Shown: positions 45,627 to 57,928, counted from the first letter of the whole stretch. The stretch is 63,865 nucleotides of DNA, filler included, from 12 parts of 12 records of this genome joined end to end with filler, not necessarily neighbours in it, one strand, 5' to 3'. The notes: a model not told the origin generated them from the letters alone. Numbers and translations: made by a program.

Positions 45627-45845
45627 TTAACTTGTAACAACATCGTCCAGTACGAAGTCTACGAACTCGTAGCACTTGCAGTTGACAATGTTCTCCTTGT
45701 CTTGAGCGTCTTGGAATACCTCAAACCCACTCTTCTTCGGCGTGCCCGTTTTAAGATGCCCGGAATGGGTTTTCGCGGCCGGTTTTAAGATGCCGGTTCT
45801 CGTGTTTAAAATCGGTTTACGTACATTATTTTTCGGTGGTAGCAT
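45627..45845 (-). CDS. First exon of a hypothetical protein carrying ABBA- and KEN-like motifs
   Basis: CCGCC-ATG context; FEVFQD and DKEN motifs. Confidence 0.4.
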   Translation of the reverse strand: MLPPKNNVRKPILNTRTGILKPAAKTHSGHLKTGTPKKSGFEVFQDAQDKENIVNCKCYEFVDFVLDDVVTS

Positions 45846-46037
45846 GGCGGAGTGTGTGCATTTAATGGGAAACTGGAGTCCGCATCACCCGCAGTCCAAG
45901 TCATCACAACACAATCAAATATCTTCAGTACTAGACAACTCGGAGTAAACATGTACTGGTTTGTATGAAGAGTGGTGCGGGTGGCTCGACCCCCATAGTC
46001 GGCACTGGCAACCTCCCGGAAGCTATGATGGCAGCTT

Positions 46038-46798
46038 TTAACGGCGATATCGAGATGATTGTGGAGGCGAAGCCAGGCAGGCCTCAAACTCCTGGACGCT
46101 GATGCCTGGGCCCTCGCGGTTGAGGCCTGAGTCGATAAGGTGTCCCTGAAGCTCTCTGTAGTGAAACCCACACTCCTGGGCCAACCGACGGAGCTCCTCC
46201 TTGCGCTTGCCGCCAAAGGCTTTGCGCATCTCACCGAAGGTCACGGTGCCGTCGCCATCGAGGTCGAGGGCCGCAAACAGGGCGGGCCCTTGGGGCACCG
46301 CCCAGGGCCGATCGAGGCGGTAGTAGGCGGTAGGGCTGAGGGCTGCCGCTATCTCGGAATGACCCTTCTCGGTGGCGATCTCCAGCGCAGTCTTGCCATC
46401 ACCGTGACTGCCATACCCATCCAGGCGTAGTCTCTTCCCCGGGTTTGCCTTCGCCTCGATCAACGCCAGCGCGATCTCGGTGCGGCCCTCGGCAGCTGCC
46501 ATTAGCAGCGGGGTGGCACCGACCTCGTTAGCCTGGTCCAGTGCCGCCCCGGCCTCGATCAGCGCCATCGCGATCTCGGTGCGGCCCATGGAGGTTGCCC
46601 GATGTAGCGCGGTGAACCTCCCATCCAGGTCCGGCGCATCCAGCATGCAACCGGACGCGATCAGATCGAGGGCCTTCTGCGTCTCGCCGTTTTGGACCAG
46701 GTCAACCAGCTGTCGGCCCACGCGGTACCTTTCTTCTTGCTCCCGGGCGCGATCATTTTCAGTAAGGCAGCTGAGGCAGCTCCTCGGTACTGAGGCAT
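46038..46798 (-). CDS. Ankyrin repeat + EF-hand protein
   Basis: TALHRA, TPLLMAA, TALEIA repeats; DLDGDGTVTFGE EF-hand; start uncertain. Confidence 0.82.
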
Positions 46799-46913
46799 TG
46801 TCCGCCAGATCGCCAACTGTGAAGCCGTTGATCGAGCCGTTATCGGACTGCAGCTTTGCTAACGGCAGCAGCAGGTGTGTGGCAGCAGCCGACCGACGTG
46901 CTGTTCGCCTCCC

Positions 46914-49042
46914 ATGGGGAATAAGAAACGCGGATCGGCCGAGGCAGTGCGGGTGGCCTGCCGCTTCCGTCCGCTCAGCCCGAAGGAGGCGGCCGCGGGG
47001 CGCGAGCTGCCGTTCAAGATTAAGGACGGAGCGATAGCTGTCCAGGACCCTGCCCGGGTGGGCCAGAAGCCGTTCCAATTCGACCAGGTCGCCCCGGGCC
47101 GGCACCGGTTGTAAGCGGAGGGAGGCAGGTGTTCGGTCCAGAGTCACTCCAGGAGTCAGTGCACGAGTTCTGCGGCAGGCCGATGGTGACCAGTGATGGG
47201 CTGCACCGCTGAGGAGTGCCGCAGGTGACCGACGTTCTGGCAGGGTACAACGGCACAATCTTCGCTTGTGCGGCGCTGGGCTGGGCGGGGCTGACCACCT
47301 GGCAGACGGGCAGACAGGTAGTGGCAAGACGTTCACCATGTTTGGGGGCGGAGCAGCCGGCACGGAGGGCCTGATCCCTCGGATGGCGAATGAACTGTTC
47401 GACCGGATTCGTGAGATCGAGGCCGCTTACACCGAGACTCCACTGCCGACTGCGGTTAAGACCGCGATTGTGGAGGCGTCGTTCTTTGAGATTTACAACG
47501 AGCAGCTGATGGATTTGATCGGGCCCGGCCAAGACCTGCGCGTGCGCGAATCCAAGCGGCAGGGCGTGTATGTAGAAGGCCTATCCAAGATCACGGCACG
47601 CTGTGAGTGCCACTCCGTGACCCTGTGGCTAGGTCAAGTCAGCTGCAGAGGTCCTCGAGCTGATTGATATGGGCACCAGTAAGAGGAAGGTAGCTGCCAC
47701 TGCGATGAATATGCAGAGCTCAAGAAGCCACTCTGTGCTCAAACTCCAGGCACCCTGTGCAAAGCCGGCCCTCAATGCCGAGGCCAGGTCAGCTCGGTAT
47801 ACCCAGACCAGACCCATCGCTGCTCAGCGTGCCTGTTCCTAGCGGATCTTGCCGGTTGTTCGTGCCATCAGCCTTGGGTGACGTGCTTATTACAGGCTCG
47901 GAGCGTGTGGAAAAGTCGGGGGTGACTGGCCAGGGGCTAGCTGAGGCGGTTGGAATCAATCAATCCCTCTCATGCCTCGGCAATGTGGTGCACGCGCTTA
48001 CAGAGCAAGGCCGCGTGCATGTCCCATTCAGAGACAGCAAGGTGAGCGTCGTCCTAGCACCGCTGAGCCACTGCAGCTCACGTTTCTTCTCCGGGATTCA
48101 CTCGGTGGCAACTCGAAGGCTTTCCTGTTGATGACTTGCTCGCCCGCTTTTGCGTACTTGTCTGAGACCCTGTCCACGCTCAGATTTGGTGCCCGGTGCA
48201 AGGAGGTGGCAGCACATGCTCGGACCGGCTGATAGGCTGGGTAGGTCAAGAACAAGGTATCCGTGAACATTGTTAGGTCGACTGCAGAGCTGGAAGCCGA
48301 AGTAGCAAGGCTCGAGGTTAGCCTGTTGGTCCAGAGCTTACCGGATTGAGCTTGAGCCCAGGAGGAGCTCCGTATTTTGCGCGAGGTATGTCAGCAGCTG
48401 GAGGCCCGGCTGGGCTCATGTGATGGAGCCCCACCGGAGGAGCAGCCCGAAGGGATCGAGGTCGAGCTGTCGCAAGACATTCAGCGAATTAGTCTGGAGA
48501 GGCAAGGGCAGGAAGGGCTATCAGTGGGCGGTTTGGTGGCGGTGTTGAGTGAGACACGGTGCGGGCTGACTGACTACGCGCTGACGGGGTGATTGCAGCG
48601 CTGAGCTGGAGGCATGCCAAGAGAAGATGAGTATACAAGAGCAAAGCTTGCTTGAGCTACGCGAGGAGCGCAGCCAGGCTAATCGAGCGGACGAGAAGCT
48701 GAAAAAGCTCAGGAAGTTTGCGGATTCGCAGGAACATCGGACTGAGGCGGTCTGGGCCAGTGGCCTGCTGATGGAATGAACATGGATGGGGCAGCTCGAG
48801 AGCGAACTTGAAGCCGCGCAAGAGCAGATAAAAGCGCTGCAGGGCGAGCAGGAGCAGATTCAAGAGCAAAACGAAACGCTGCAAAGAGAGAGGAAGAGTG
48901 AGCAGGAGGCCCACACGCGCGAGCTAGCCGTTGTGAGGATGACGGCACAACTGCAGACAGCCGAAAGCGAACACCAGGCAAGTTGAATGGCCTTGGCTGT
49001 TCTGATGTGGTCGGACAGATTGAGATGCTCAAGGCAAGCAGC
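46914..49042 (+). CDS. Kinesin (N-terminal motor, kinesin-1-like) with coiled coil, 3' truncated
   Basis: AY|GQTGSGKT, EIYNE, SSRSH, DLA|GSE, HVPFRDSK|LT, SLGGN, ETLSTLRFG after splicing. Confidence 0.95.
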
Positions 49043-49508
49043 NNNNNNNNNNNNNNNNNNNNNNNNNNNNNNNNNNNNNNNNNNNNTTAATTAATTAANN
49101 NNNNNNNNNNNNNNNNNNNNNNNNNNNNNNNNNNNNNNNNNNGCCTGATGGCACCGGCGACCAATAAAGGTATCCTACATCTACTAACATACTACTAACA
49201 TGTCGGGTATGGTCCCTAATAGTGTGGGACCGGTGCAGCAGACACCCAATTGCGCTCGGAGCTCCACAGTCTCCGCTAAGGCAAGCGCTGGGACTGCGAA
49301 GAGACCCCGCAGGTCTCGAACTCCTGCGCCGATGTGACCATCGTGTGAGCCGCTTATGAGCTGCTACGCTCGATTCCCGAGTGCAATGTATCATAATTCT
49401 TTGTTTCATTTCGTTCATTTGGTTATACGAGTATGCCAGTATGGCGAGGCTCAGACCCGCTCGACGACGGATGAATGTAACACGAGTAGATCTCTTTATA
49501 ATTTACCG

Positions 49509-50447
49509 TCAATCTTGCTCTATGCAAGGATGAATTCCCTCCCCACGATCATAATCAGGATCAAATGGAAGCAAAACGCTGCAACTAGGCTGGTCCAATG
49601 TCTCCACATGGTGCCACCAAAATGGAGGTATATACAAGCATTGCCCTGGCTCTAGCACTGTTTCAAACAAGTCAGCATTTTCGACCTTTGGGAATTGGAT
49701 TCTTTGCTGCTCGTCGCCATCCAGCCACTTGCTAAGGTCGATTTGACTGGTGTTAGGATTGGCGGCATTGGGAGGGTTGGGGTACAGAGACCTCAGGTCT
49801 GTGGGTGCAAACATTCGAACTCTTTTGGTGCCTCGGATTTGGCACAAGAACCCGTGGCAAAGGTCATAGTGCAGCGGAGTCACGCAGCCAGGACTCGAAA
49901 TCCACAGGCCGCAGTTGGCTGGCTTGAAGGGCGCTATCCCGCTGAGTTCGCCTGTGACCATCTTGCCAATCCGACTCACTGGGACCTGCTCCTGGAGCAG
50001 ACCGTCCACAGCAGCCAGCGTTGTGCGGAGGTATCCTCGCCGGCCCGTGGGCTGGTTGAGGACAGTAGTGATCGCGTCGCCCCATCCGAGGTCGGCAGCT
50101 GACGTCAGCTCGTTCTTAAGGAAATTGGTATTGTCGTGGGCAAACAGCACTGTGGTGGCGCCTTTGACAGGTAGTGAACCCAGCCCCCGCAGAGATTTGC
50201 AGGCCTCAACTCCGGGCCATTGGGTGAGCTGCTTCGCCAGCACGAATGGGGACTGGTTCCGCAAAGAATGGTCAAATAGGACGTGGTCTGGGATCTTATC
50301 GTCGATCAAGCGCAATGGACACGCAGCGCGGGTGTTCTGGACGTTGGCATCACCAGTGGCGCACTCGCTCACCACAGCCCAGAATTCGTCGTCACGACAG
50401 AGAACCATGTCATCCTCGTCAGAAGATGGATCAGCATCGGCAGCCAT
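49509..50447 (-). CDS. JmjC/cupin-8 2-oxoglutarate-Fe(II) hydroxylase
   Basis: TPLHYD, GTKRV, LYIPPFWWHHV. Confidence 0.9.
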   Translation of the reverse strand: MAADADPSSDEDDMVLCRDDEFWAVVSECATGDANVQNTRAACPLRLIDDKIPDHVLFDHSLRNQSPFVLAKQLTQWPGVEACKSLRGLGSLPVKGATTVLFAHDNTNFLKNELTSAADLGWGDAITTVLNQPTGRRGYLRTTLAAVDGLLQEQVPVSRIGKMVTGELSGIAPFKPANCGLWISSPGCVTPLHYDLCHGFLCQIRGTKRVRMFAPTDLRSLYPNPPNAANPNTSQIDLSKWLDGDEQQRIQFPKVENADLFETVLEPGQCLYIPPFWWHHVETLDQPSCSVLLPFDPDYDRGEGIHPCIEQD

Positions 50448-50728
50448 TCGGCGAATCGAGCACCGTTCTGACCTGTGTGAGAGCTGAGAGCGCCGCCGGT
50501 GCTCTCCTATGCAGATCTACTCAGGACCAGGTAGTGCGCAGTGATGAGTACAGCTGTACTACAGCTGTAATTTGTACACCAGCCCAGGGTCGATTTGCGC
50601 GCGAGTACGCGGTGCGGGAGCGCGGGTATTCTCCTTTTTACTCTACTAAGACTACCGGTAGATCTAGTAATAACGGCAAGCAGCTCACCCGGCGGTGGTG
50701 TGATGGAAAGTGCTGTGACCGTGGTGCG

Positions 50729-53555
50729 ATGAGCTTTCTATCATCGCTGTTGGGGAGCGATCCAGTGTATGATAAGCAGTCACCGGAGGCCGGCTGCTTC
50801 CTGCGCGAGCTCAAGCACCGCGGGACCGTCTGCTGTCTCTACGCGGCCGGCAAGCACCTGTGGACCTGTGGCGAGTCGAACGTGCGAGAGTGGTCGATCG
50901 CCACAGGCAGCGCCCAGCCGGCAGCTGCCATTCACGCCTGGCCAGGCGAGAACACCCGGACCTGGCCACATGCGACTGGTTCGGCTGGGCTGATAACGTG
51001 CATGGGGCTGATCGCGGGGCGACTCTGGTGCGGCCGGACTGATGGCGCCATCTCGGTATTCGACATGCACACCGGCGAGCTGATTGTCTCCGATATGTCC
51101 GACTGCTTGACTAAGACGGCGGGGCAGGCACAACTCGCACCGGTGGTGTCGGAGCAGATCGCGGCCATTCTGCCCACCCGGGCCAGGCGACCCGCTGGCC
51201 CCACTGGCCTCACCGGCGACTGCAGCGTGCTGGCCAGCTCAGCGCAGGGCTCCGTATTTGAACTCAGTCTGGACGGATCTGTGGAGCGTCAGTTCTCAAT
51301 CGGCACAGGCTCGGATCCGCCGTGCACCAATCAGACCATAGTCGAGACTGGATCGGCTGGCTGGTCCGCCACATTAGACAACACACTGGAGCTCGGCGGC
51401 ATGACCAGCTTGTCTGGTGGCAGGTTCTGCTACAGCAATCGGGTGCATATTGTGCCAAATTCGGGCGCAAGCTCGCTGCTTCCTGTGCCTGCTCCACACG
51501 AGTGTTTCAACTGCATCGCGCAAGTCACCCCCGCTAACGCTAACGGAGCTTCAGAAGTGTGGGCCGGCTGCTCGAGCAGAGCTGGACTCGCCTGTGTGGC
51601 TATCTTCAACCCGGTTCGTTTCCCAACGGCTGATCCGCGGCCGGCTCAACAGTGTAGCAGATTAATCTGGTGTGTCTGGACTTGGTACCGCTCCCGCAGC
51701 AGGCCAGCCACATTTGTGTGGGTGGGTCGCTGGTCTGGTGCGGTCTGCTTGACGGGACAGCCTCTGTCATACACACAGGTATCGCATTGGCTTCTTGGCT
51801 GGAGACTGGACTGATTTGTTGGCAGGATCGCGTGAACTCTCCCTGAGCTTTTCTCTTCATCAGTCGGGCTTCACGGCCCTTATGGCCCCGGTCGACAACA
51901 CACCAATTGTATTGAGTGCTAGCGTCACCGGAAGCGTCCGTGTATGGGATGCCAACGCCGCGCATGCAGTCTGTCCTGTGGACCCAATGCAAGTCAGCAT
52001 GGTCTCTGCTAAGCCTCGAGGCCCTTCAATCCCTCAACAGCCAAAGCCCTCCAAGCTCGAGCCTAAGGCGGCCAGCTCTGGTGAAACAGCATGCGAGTAT
52101 CAAAATACGCTAGACCGACCAATAGCTGTCAAACCGGTGAATAACGAGCCTGAAGTCGATCTCGAGGCCTTGGTCGATGGCACGATGCACACTGCTGACG
52201 GAACGATGGTAGCCAGCAGCCAGGTAGTTCGGGCTGTGGTCCAAAGGTTACACGAAATCGAGTTAGCTTTAGAGGACCAGAAGGACACTCAATCTGCTTG
52301 CACCGCCGACCAGCTGGAAGCTACCCAGCTAGCCGCAGCTGAACTCGATACCAGGCTGACCACGCTTCAAACCCAATGCGCCGAGCTGGAAAAGCCGGAT
52401 CCGGAGCAGGCCAAGATTGTGCAAGACATTCAGCGAATGCAGCTCGAGCTCAGCGAGCGGCTGAATGGCGCCCAATCAGCACCCGATCAGCTGCCTTCAC
52501 ATGAAGCTATCGAAGCTGCTCTAGAACAGACTAGTAGACAGAATAGCGAGCTGGAGAGCCAGTGCACATGGGCTGAGCAGCACAGCCGGAAACTAACGGA
52601 ACAGCTGCAGTCAGTCCACAAGACTTTTGAGGCAAAGTTCTCAACAGAGCAGCAGCAAGCTGCAGAGCAGATAAAGGATCTAGATGAGCGTCTGGGGCAA
52701 TTGCGCGCCGAGATGGAGCTACACTCTGCTGGAAATTCTGCAATCGACACCGACGGGGTCATTGCTAAGGTTGAAGAGATGCAGGCTGCCTGCGATAGTC
52801 TGCAGACTGAGGCTGCCAGTGCTACATCCTGCCGAGTTCAGTTTAAGATTGCCCTTGATCTTCAAAAGACTGAGCAACAGCGCTGGACCGAGACGATTGA
52901 CCAGCGAGTCGAGCAGCTCGAAAAAACAATGGAAGGACAACAACAAGACTTTGCAGGATTGTCTGGACAAGCGGCTGAGGCCGCTCAAGTGATGGACGAA
53001 GCGCAAGAGCAATTTGAGCGAGTCGCTGAGCTGGCGGAGAGGATAGATCGAGCATGGGCTTGCACTGAATCCCATCAGGACGCGTACAAGGCACTGGAGA
53101 TCACTCTATTACAGCTACAGCAGGACAGATCTAGACTAGAAGATGAGTTCAGTACAAGGATAGAGGAGGCCACGGGCCGGATTTCAGACCAACAAGCTCA
53201 ACTAGCGGAGCTAATTGGGTTCCCTGAGCAGCTCGCTGCTGTGATTCCACGGGCGGAGCTGGTCGGAATCGAAGAGGCCATGCAGCTCGAGCAAGACAGA
53301 GTTGGGGCAGCCTGCCATAAGACCGAAACAGTGCAGCTGGAGCTTGATCAGATGTCACGAGAGTCCAACGGGGCTGCAGAGCGTGCCCTCGAAGAAGTTA
53401 GAGAGCTATCCACCCGGTGCGAGGAGATCAAGCGAGATGCTAGTTCATGGCGGCAGCTGATTGATATGCGAATACAGCCTCTTGAGGATGCGGATCGCAG
53501 ATTTAGACCAATGCTAGAGCGCATGGTTGGCAGGACCATATAGATAGGTGATGCT
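50729..53555 (+). CDS. Degenerate WD40/beta-propeller protein with long C-terminal coiled coil
   Basis: VREWSI, LWCGRTDGAISVFD, GSVRVWD; heptad-rich C-terminal half; probably 3' truncated. Confidence 0.65.
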
Positions 53556-53655
53556 NNNNNNNNNNNNNNNNNNNNNNNNNNNNNNNNNNNNNNNNNNNNT
53601 TAATTAATTAANNNNNNNNNNNNNNNNNNNNNNNNNNNNNNNNNNNNNNNNNNNN

Positions 53656-55066
53656 TCGGCTCTAAGCAATCTGAGCTCCCGCAGACCCATTTTGATGATT
53701 TTGTCGAACTGCTCGAGTGGCCGGTTAAGGGCCTGCCCTTTATGCAACGCAACTGCCACAGCAGCCGCAGCCTGACCTGTCCCTGGCTCAGGCTATATGG
53801 CACACGGCAGCAATTGGTACCAAAGCAAGCATTATGCCTGCGTGTTGCCTCAACCAGCTGTGAGCTCTTATCTGCAAGCTGCTGCTGCGTAGCGGCAGAG
53901 AGCTCCAACGGACTCAGGATGGACCAGTGACGCACTGCCTTGGCGAGCACGGCTGGCAGCTGCTCCCGCAGCTTTGAGCTGAAGCCAAGCCTTGCCAACT
54001 CCTGTCCCTCAGGGTCCATAGCTGCCCGTGCAGTGGCCGCTCCGGTCGGCCTCTGCAGTTTGGCCCCTGGCTCACTGCCGGTCCGAGCACTACTGGCCGG
54101 CCTACCCAGCTGGGCGCGCAAGTACTGCTCAACCATGCGAGGCACGTCGGGGGACACAGAGTCTTGGGTCATGAAACGCTCAAATCCAGCGGCAAACTCG
54201 GCCGCGCTGATTTCATTGGCGGTTCCCAGGACAAACTCGACCAGCTCGACCGCGGGTGAGCCCTGCACCCGAACTCATGGTGGCCAACAATGCGGCAGGA
54301 CCGTCAGTTTGCTTCTGAGCTGCTCTTTGCTGATTTTAGCGCTTGATGGGATTGAGCATGCCAAGCTGGACGACCGCTGGAAGAGCAGCGGTAGGATACG
54401 TTTGATGTACGCCTTGGCGAGCGTGGGAGTGGGCGTCGGCGGCGGGAGCGGGAGCGTGCAGCTTTTGTTGGATAGGCTGGGGCAGTCCGTCGCAAGCATG
54501 ATAGCCAGTCGGTGTGGGTCAAACCACTTAATTGGACGGGAGGAGTCCCGCGGCCTGATCGTGCCTGCCCGTCCTGTCAGCGCAGGCCACCGGACGGCCG
54601 TACCCTGCGGCAGATGCCGGGGCTGGCTGGCTTGGCAGTGAATCCCCATCTCCAGCTTTGGACCCAGTGGCAGCGCAATTCTGGGAGGGAACTTGACCGC
54701 CGATGGAGCGTACTTGAACTTCACCGGAGGCACCCAACTCGCAGGATCATCTGCCAACGCGCTAGAGCTTCGGCTCTCCGGTTCGGAGCTGGAGGACCGC
54801 TCGGTGCTGTCGGGGGCCTCGGCGCTGTCGGGGAGCTGCAGCTGCCATTCTGGGCTAGACAGTAGTGTCACGATGGCGTCTAGCCCAATCTTCTGCCATT
54901 CTGGGGTTTCTGGCTCGTCGGCCGTCGACTCGATGGAGGTGCGTACGATCTCGTCCGCGCTGGCCACGATTTCCTGGGCAAAGACGCGCTGCTGGCGGTG
55001 CAACCGACTGCAGTGCCCGCTCTGAGGCGGGGTGACGTAGAAGCGTGGAGGCCGTGCCGTTAGCAT
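53656..55066 (-). CDS. Hypothetical multi-exon protein, 3' truncated
   Basis: Two long minus-strand ORFs joinable by short introns. Confidence 0.45.
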
Positions 55067-55324
55067 CCCCGATCCGTGACGCGAGCCGTCGGTCGAGCCG
55101 CCAGCCCAGCCGCCTGCCCCGCAGGTCACGTCAGCTATATATATATCAGTAATAGCAGTACTAGTATATGGAGGTCAGGCACCGCTGGTTGAGCTGCCGC
55201 CGGACCAGGGGCTGGGCAGCCTGGGTTGGACCGACCAGCCTGTGTCCGACCCCAGCCACCCGACGCTCATCCGCACCTCCGTCCAAGAACCTCAGAGCAT
55301 GCAGGGAGCAAGGCCTTTTGTGGG

Positions 55325-55354
55325 CCGTTGCCGTTACTATGGCCGTTACTAACG
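55325..55354. promoter_or_regulatory. Cluster of Myb-type YAACGG sites upstream of the Myb gene
   Basis: CCGTTG 55325-30, CCGTTA 55331-36, CCGTTA 55343-48, TAACG 55350-54; ATG at 55382. Confidence 0.6.
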
Positions 55355-55381
55355 CCAGTTCCGGGGGCAAGCTCACGACAG

Positions 55382-56401
55382 ATGCGCCGTTCCACACGCT
55401 CGGCCAAGCAGGCTCAGGCCACTGCCAAGAGGTGCGCAGCCCCGCCGCCGCCCAAGCACACAACTGAGGGCTTGCGGTTGGCCAGCGGCACCGCCGACGC
55501 GGGCAAGCAAGCCCTGCCTGAGCCGGCCCAGCCGCCCGCCACGCGTGCCCGGCCGAGCAAGCGCGCCCGATCTGAGCCGACCAGCGAACCCAAGCGAGAA
55601 CCTAAGCATCCTGCCCCGATCCCGGAGCCTCTGGAGATTCAGGCCGCGCCAGCCGTGCCAGATACGCCGGCCAACTTGGCGGACAGCAGTCCAGTGGCGA
55701 GCCCCGTCAGCCCCGGGAGCCGCCCAGCGGCATTTGTGGATTCAGTGACCGCGCTGGTGCAGCTTACCAAGGGCAAGAAGCAAGCGGCATGCGAGCCGAG
55801 CTCCGGGGTCAAGCCGCGCCCGCCGCAGGTCACGGAGGGGCTGCCCACACCGACCGAGGTGGGCAAGCTCAAGTCGAATATAGACCTGATCGGCGTGACG
55901 GTGCCGAGTGACGTCGGACAGAGCTCGATGTCGCCCCCGCAGCTGCCTAGCATTGGACAGTCGACCGAGGGAGAACTGATGGCCGGAGGGATACAGCCGT
56001 GCAAGAGCCCTGCGCCAATCAAGCGGCAGTGCCCGCAGTGGTCGGCTGAAGAGGACAAGATCATCCGAGACCACGTGGCCCAGTTTGGTGCGTCCAAGTG
56101 GTCCAAAATAGCCTCGCTGCTCCCCGGGCGGATCGGGAAGCAATGTCGCGAGCGGTGGCACAACCAGCTGAATCCGGACATCTTGAGGAGCCCGTGGAGC
56201 CCCGAGGAGGACCAGATTATTCTGGCGGCGCATGCCACCTACGGCACCCAATGGTCGCACATCGCCAAGCTGCTCCCGGGCCGAACTGACAATGCGATCA
56301 AGAACCATTTCAACTCGACTATCAGGCGGAAGCTAGCGGCACAGCAGCCGACTAACTCCGATGTGGCGCTTGGGTTGGTCGCCCTGCACAACCAGGCCTG
56401 A
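55382..56401 (+). CDS. c-Myb-like R2R3 transcription factor
   Basis: [44 protein letters not shown]. Confidence 0.93.
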   Translation: MRRSTRSAKQAQATAKRCAAPPPPKHTTEGLRLASGTADAGKQALPEPAQPPATRARPSKRARSEPTSEPKREPKHPAPIPEPLEIQAAPAVPDTPANLADSSPVASPVSPGSRPAAFVDSVTALVQLTKGKKQAACEPSSGVKPRPPQVTEGLPTPTEVGKLKSNIDLIGVTVPSDVGQSSMSPPQLPSIGQSTEGELMAGGIQPCKSPAPIKRQCPQWSAEEDKIIRDHVAQFGASKWSKIASLLPGRIGKQCRERWHNQLNPDILRSPWSPEEDQIILAAHATYGTQWSHIAKLLPGRTDNAIKNHFNSTIRRKLAAQQPTNSDVALGLVALHNQA

Positions 56402-56779
56402 GGCTGATGTAGGGCTGTATGCCTTGTTATACAGGCTGAGTGAGCGGCTGATCGTGGCTTTGACATCTCGTGATGTGACCCGAGTGGGCCTTATGAACGC
56501 CTGGAAACATAAGCTTACATGTACAGTACTTGTATTAAAAAATCTCCGTACGTACACGCGAGCCATGTAGAGTGACCAGAGTCGTGCACTATCGTCTAGT
56601 ACTAGATGGCGTGCCTCTATGGGGTGACTGGTGGTTCGTCGGCCCTCTGAAGTGGGCCGGTCAGACGGTTAGAGAGGTCACGATGCCTGAAACCCGGTCG
56701 GGGACCAATTCATTAATTGAATTGCGGAACGGCATTATCCTGCAAATTTTTAATTAAGTTTAGTCTTGAGCATGAACTG

Positions 56780-57928
56780 TCATAATCGAGCAGCCTCACT
56801 AGCTGAGGTAGCTGAGCCAACATGCGCACACCGGCACCTCTTTGCTATATTATTGACTGAGTTACCTATTGCTCCACAATGGCTGCACTCTAGCCGCCTA
56901 TCATGGTTGGCTACCACGGCCCGGCCAGCCCTGCCGTCTGCTATACACTTGGCGCAACCATCCAGCCCCGCGCAGCCTCGCCCACGCCGCTTGGTCCCCC
57001 ATAGCTCAACTAGCTTGCCCCGCGGCTTCCCGCTCCCATCGGTACCGTTATCATCCTCAGTTCCAGCCACAGGCCTTTCGCTGGGTGCGAGAGCTTCTAT
57101 AGCCTGCAGCTCGTCCTCGGGTGAACTCAGCGGCTGCATCGGACTGACTGCTGGCAGTTGCTGTCGGCCTTGTCCAGGGCTCTTGCTCGGACTGGCGCTG
57201 CCACCAGCAATCAGCAGCTCCAACTACTGGGAAGGCACTATTTAAACTCCTCGAATGCATGTCCGGTGGGCAGCAACCCAGCTCGCACGATCGCCGACCG
57301 GAGCACCCCAGCCGCCTTGAGCATGTTGTGCCGGCAGTTCCAAAAATGGCTGACCCCAGAGGGGTGCGGGAAAACCAGTACGAGGCACTGCGACCGCTCA
57401 GAGCCTGGCGCACCCAGCCGCACCTTGCACTCGCCGGTGCCCACCCATTGCGACTCGAGCAGCCGAGGGGCTTTGACCAGCTTGCCGAACGCCCGAGCAA
57501 CACTCAGCCCGAGCAGCACCGCCAGCGCAAATGGCGGCCCGCATCCCGGCCCCGAGAAGAAGCGGCTGCGGCCACCCAGGTCGCACGCATTGCCCATCCG
57601 CGGGATCAGCTCGTCGGCCGCCTCGGTGGCCGCAGCCAGAGCGAACTCGTCCCCTGCGGACTGGTGCTTGGCATATCCCGCCTCCCGGGTGTGCTTGGGC
57701 GCGCGCGGCTTGGGCATCGGTGGCTCGCCCAGCAGGTTGCGCCTATCGAACAGCTGCCAGAGCTCGGCCACCGAAAGACCGGCCAGCCGGGCCAGCCGGC
57801 GTTCAGGCCCGCCAGCTAGGGCGGGCCCGCCCCGTTCCGACTCAGGCTGCGAGTGCGGCGGCGCCTGCACCCCAGAGATCAGCGCCGCCCGCCGCCCGGC
57901 AGGCCTGGCCGACGATGATGCCACGCAT
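56780..57928 (-). CDS. Uracil-DNA glycosylase-superfamily protein with Cys-rich C-terminal domain
   Basis: MRGIIVGQ|APP (GC-AG intron 57865-57904), RRNLL, VLLG..VARAF, FPHPSG..FWN; intron 57198-57238 links to a CxxC-rich tail. Confidence 0.75.

Noticed and set aside
47185-47231. Introner-like mobile introns (GTGACC at both intron start and next exon start; similar GTACCG case near 46725-46790)
   Set aside because: Introns share no internal sequence or terminal inverted repeats with one another; short matches are explained by AG|GT protosplice bias
57236-57240. Apparent in-frame stops within genes (here and in PIPK, kinesin, CLPTM1) suggesting recoding or selenocysteine
   Set aside because: Each one examined falls within or across a short GT/GC-AG intron; TAA, TAG and TGA all end genes normally
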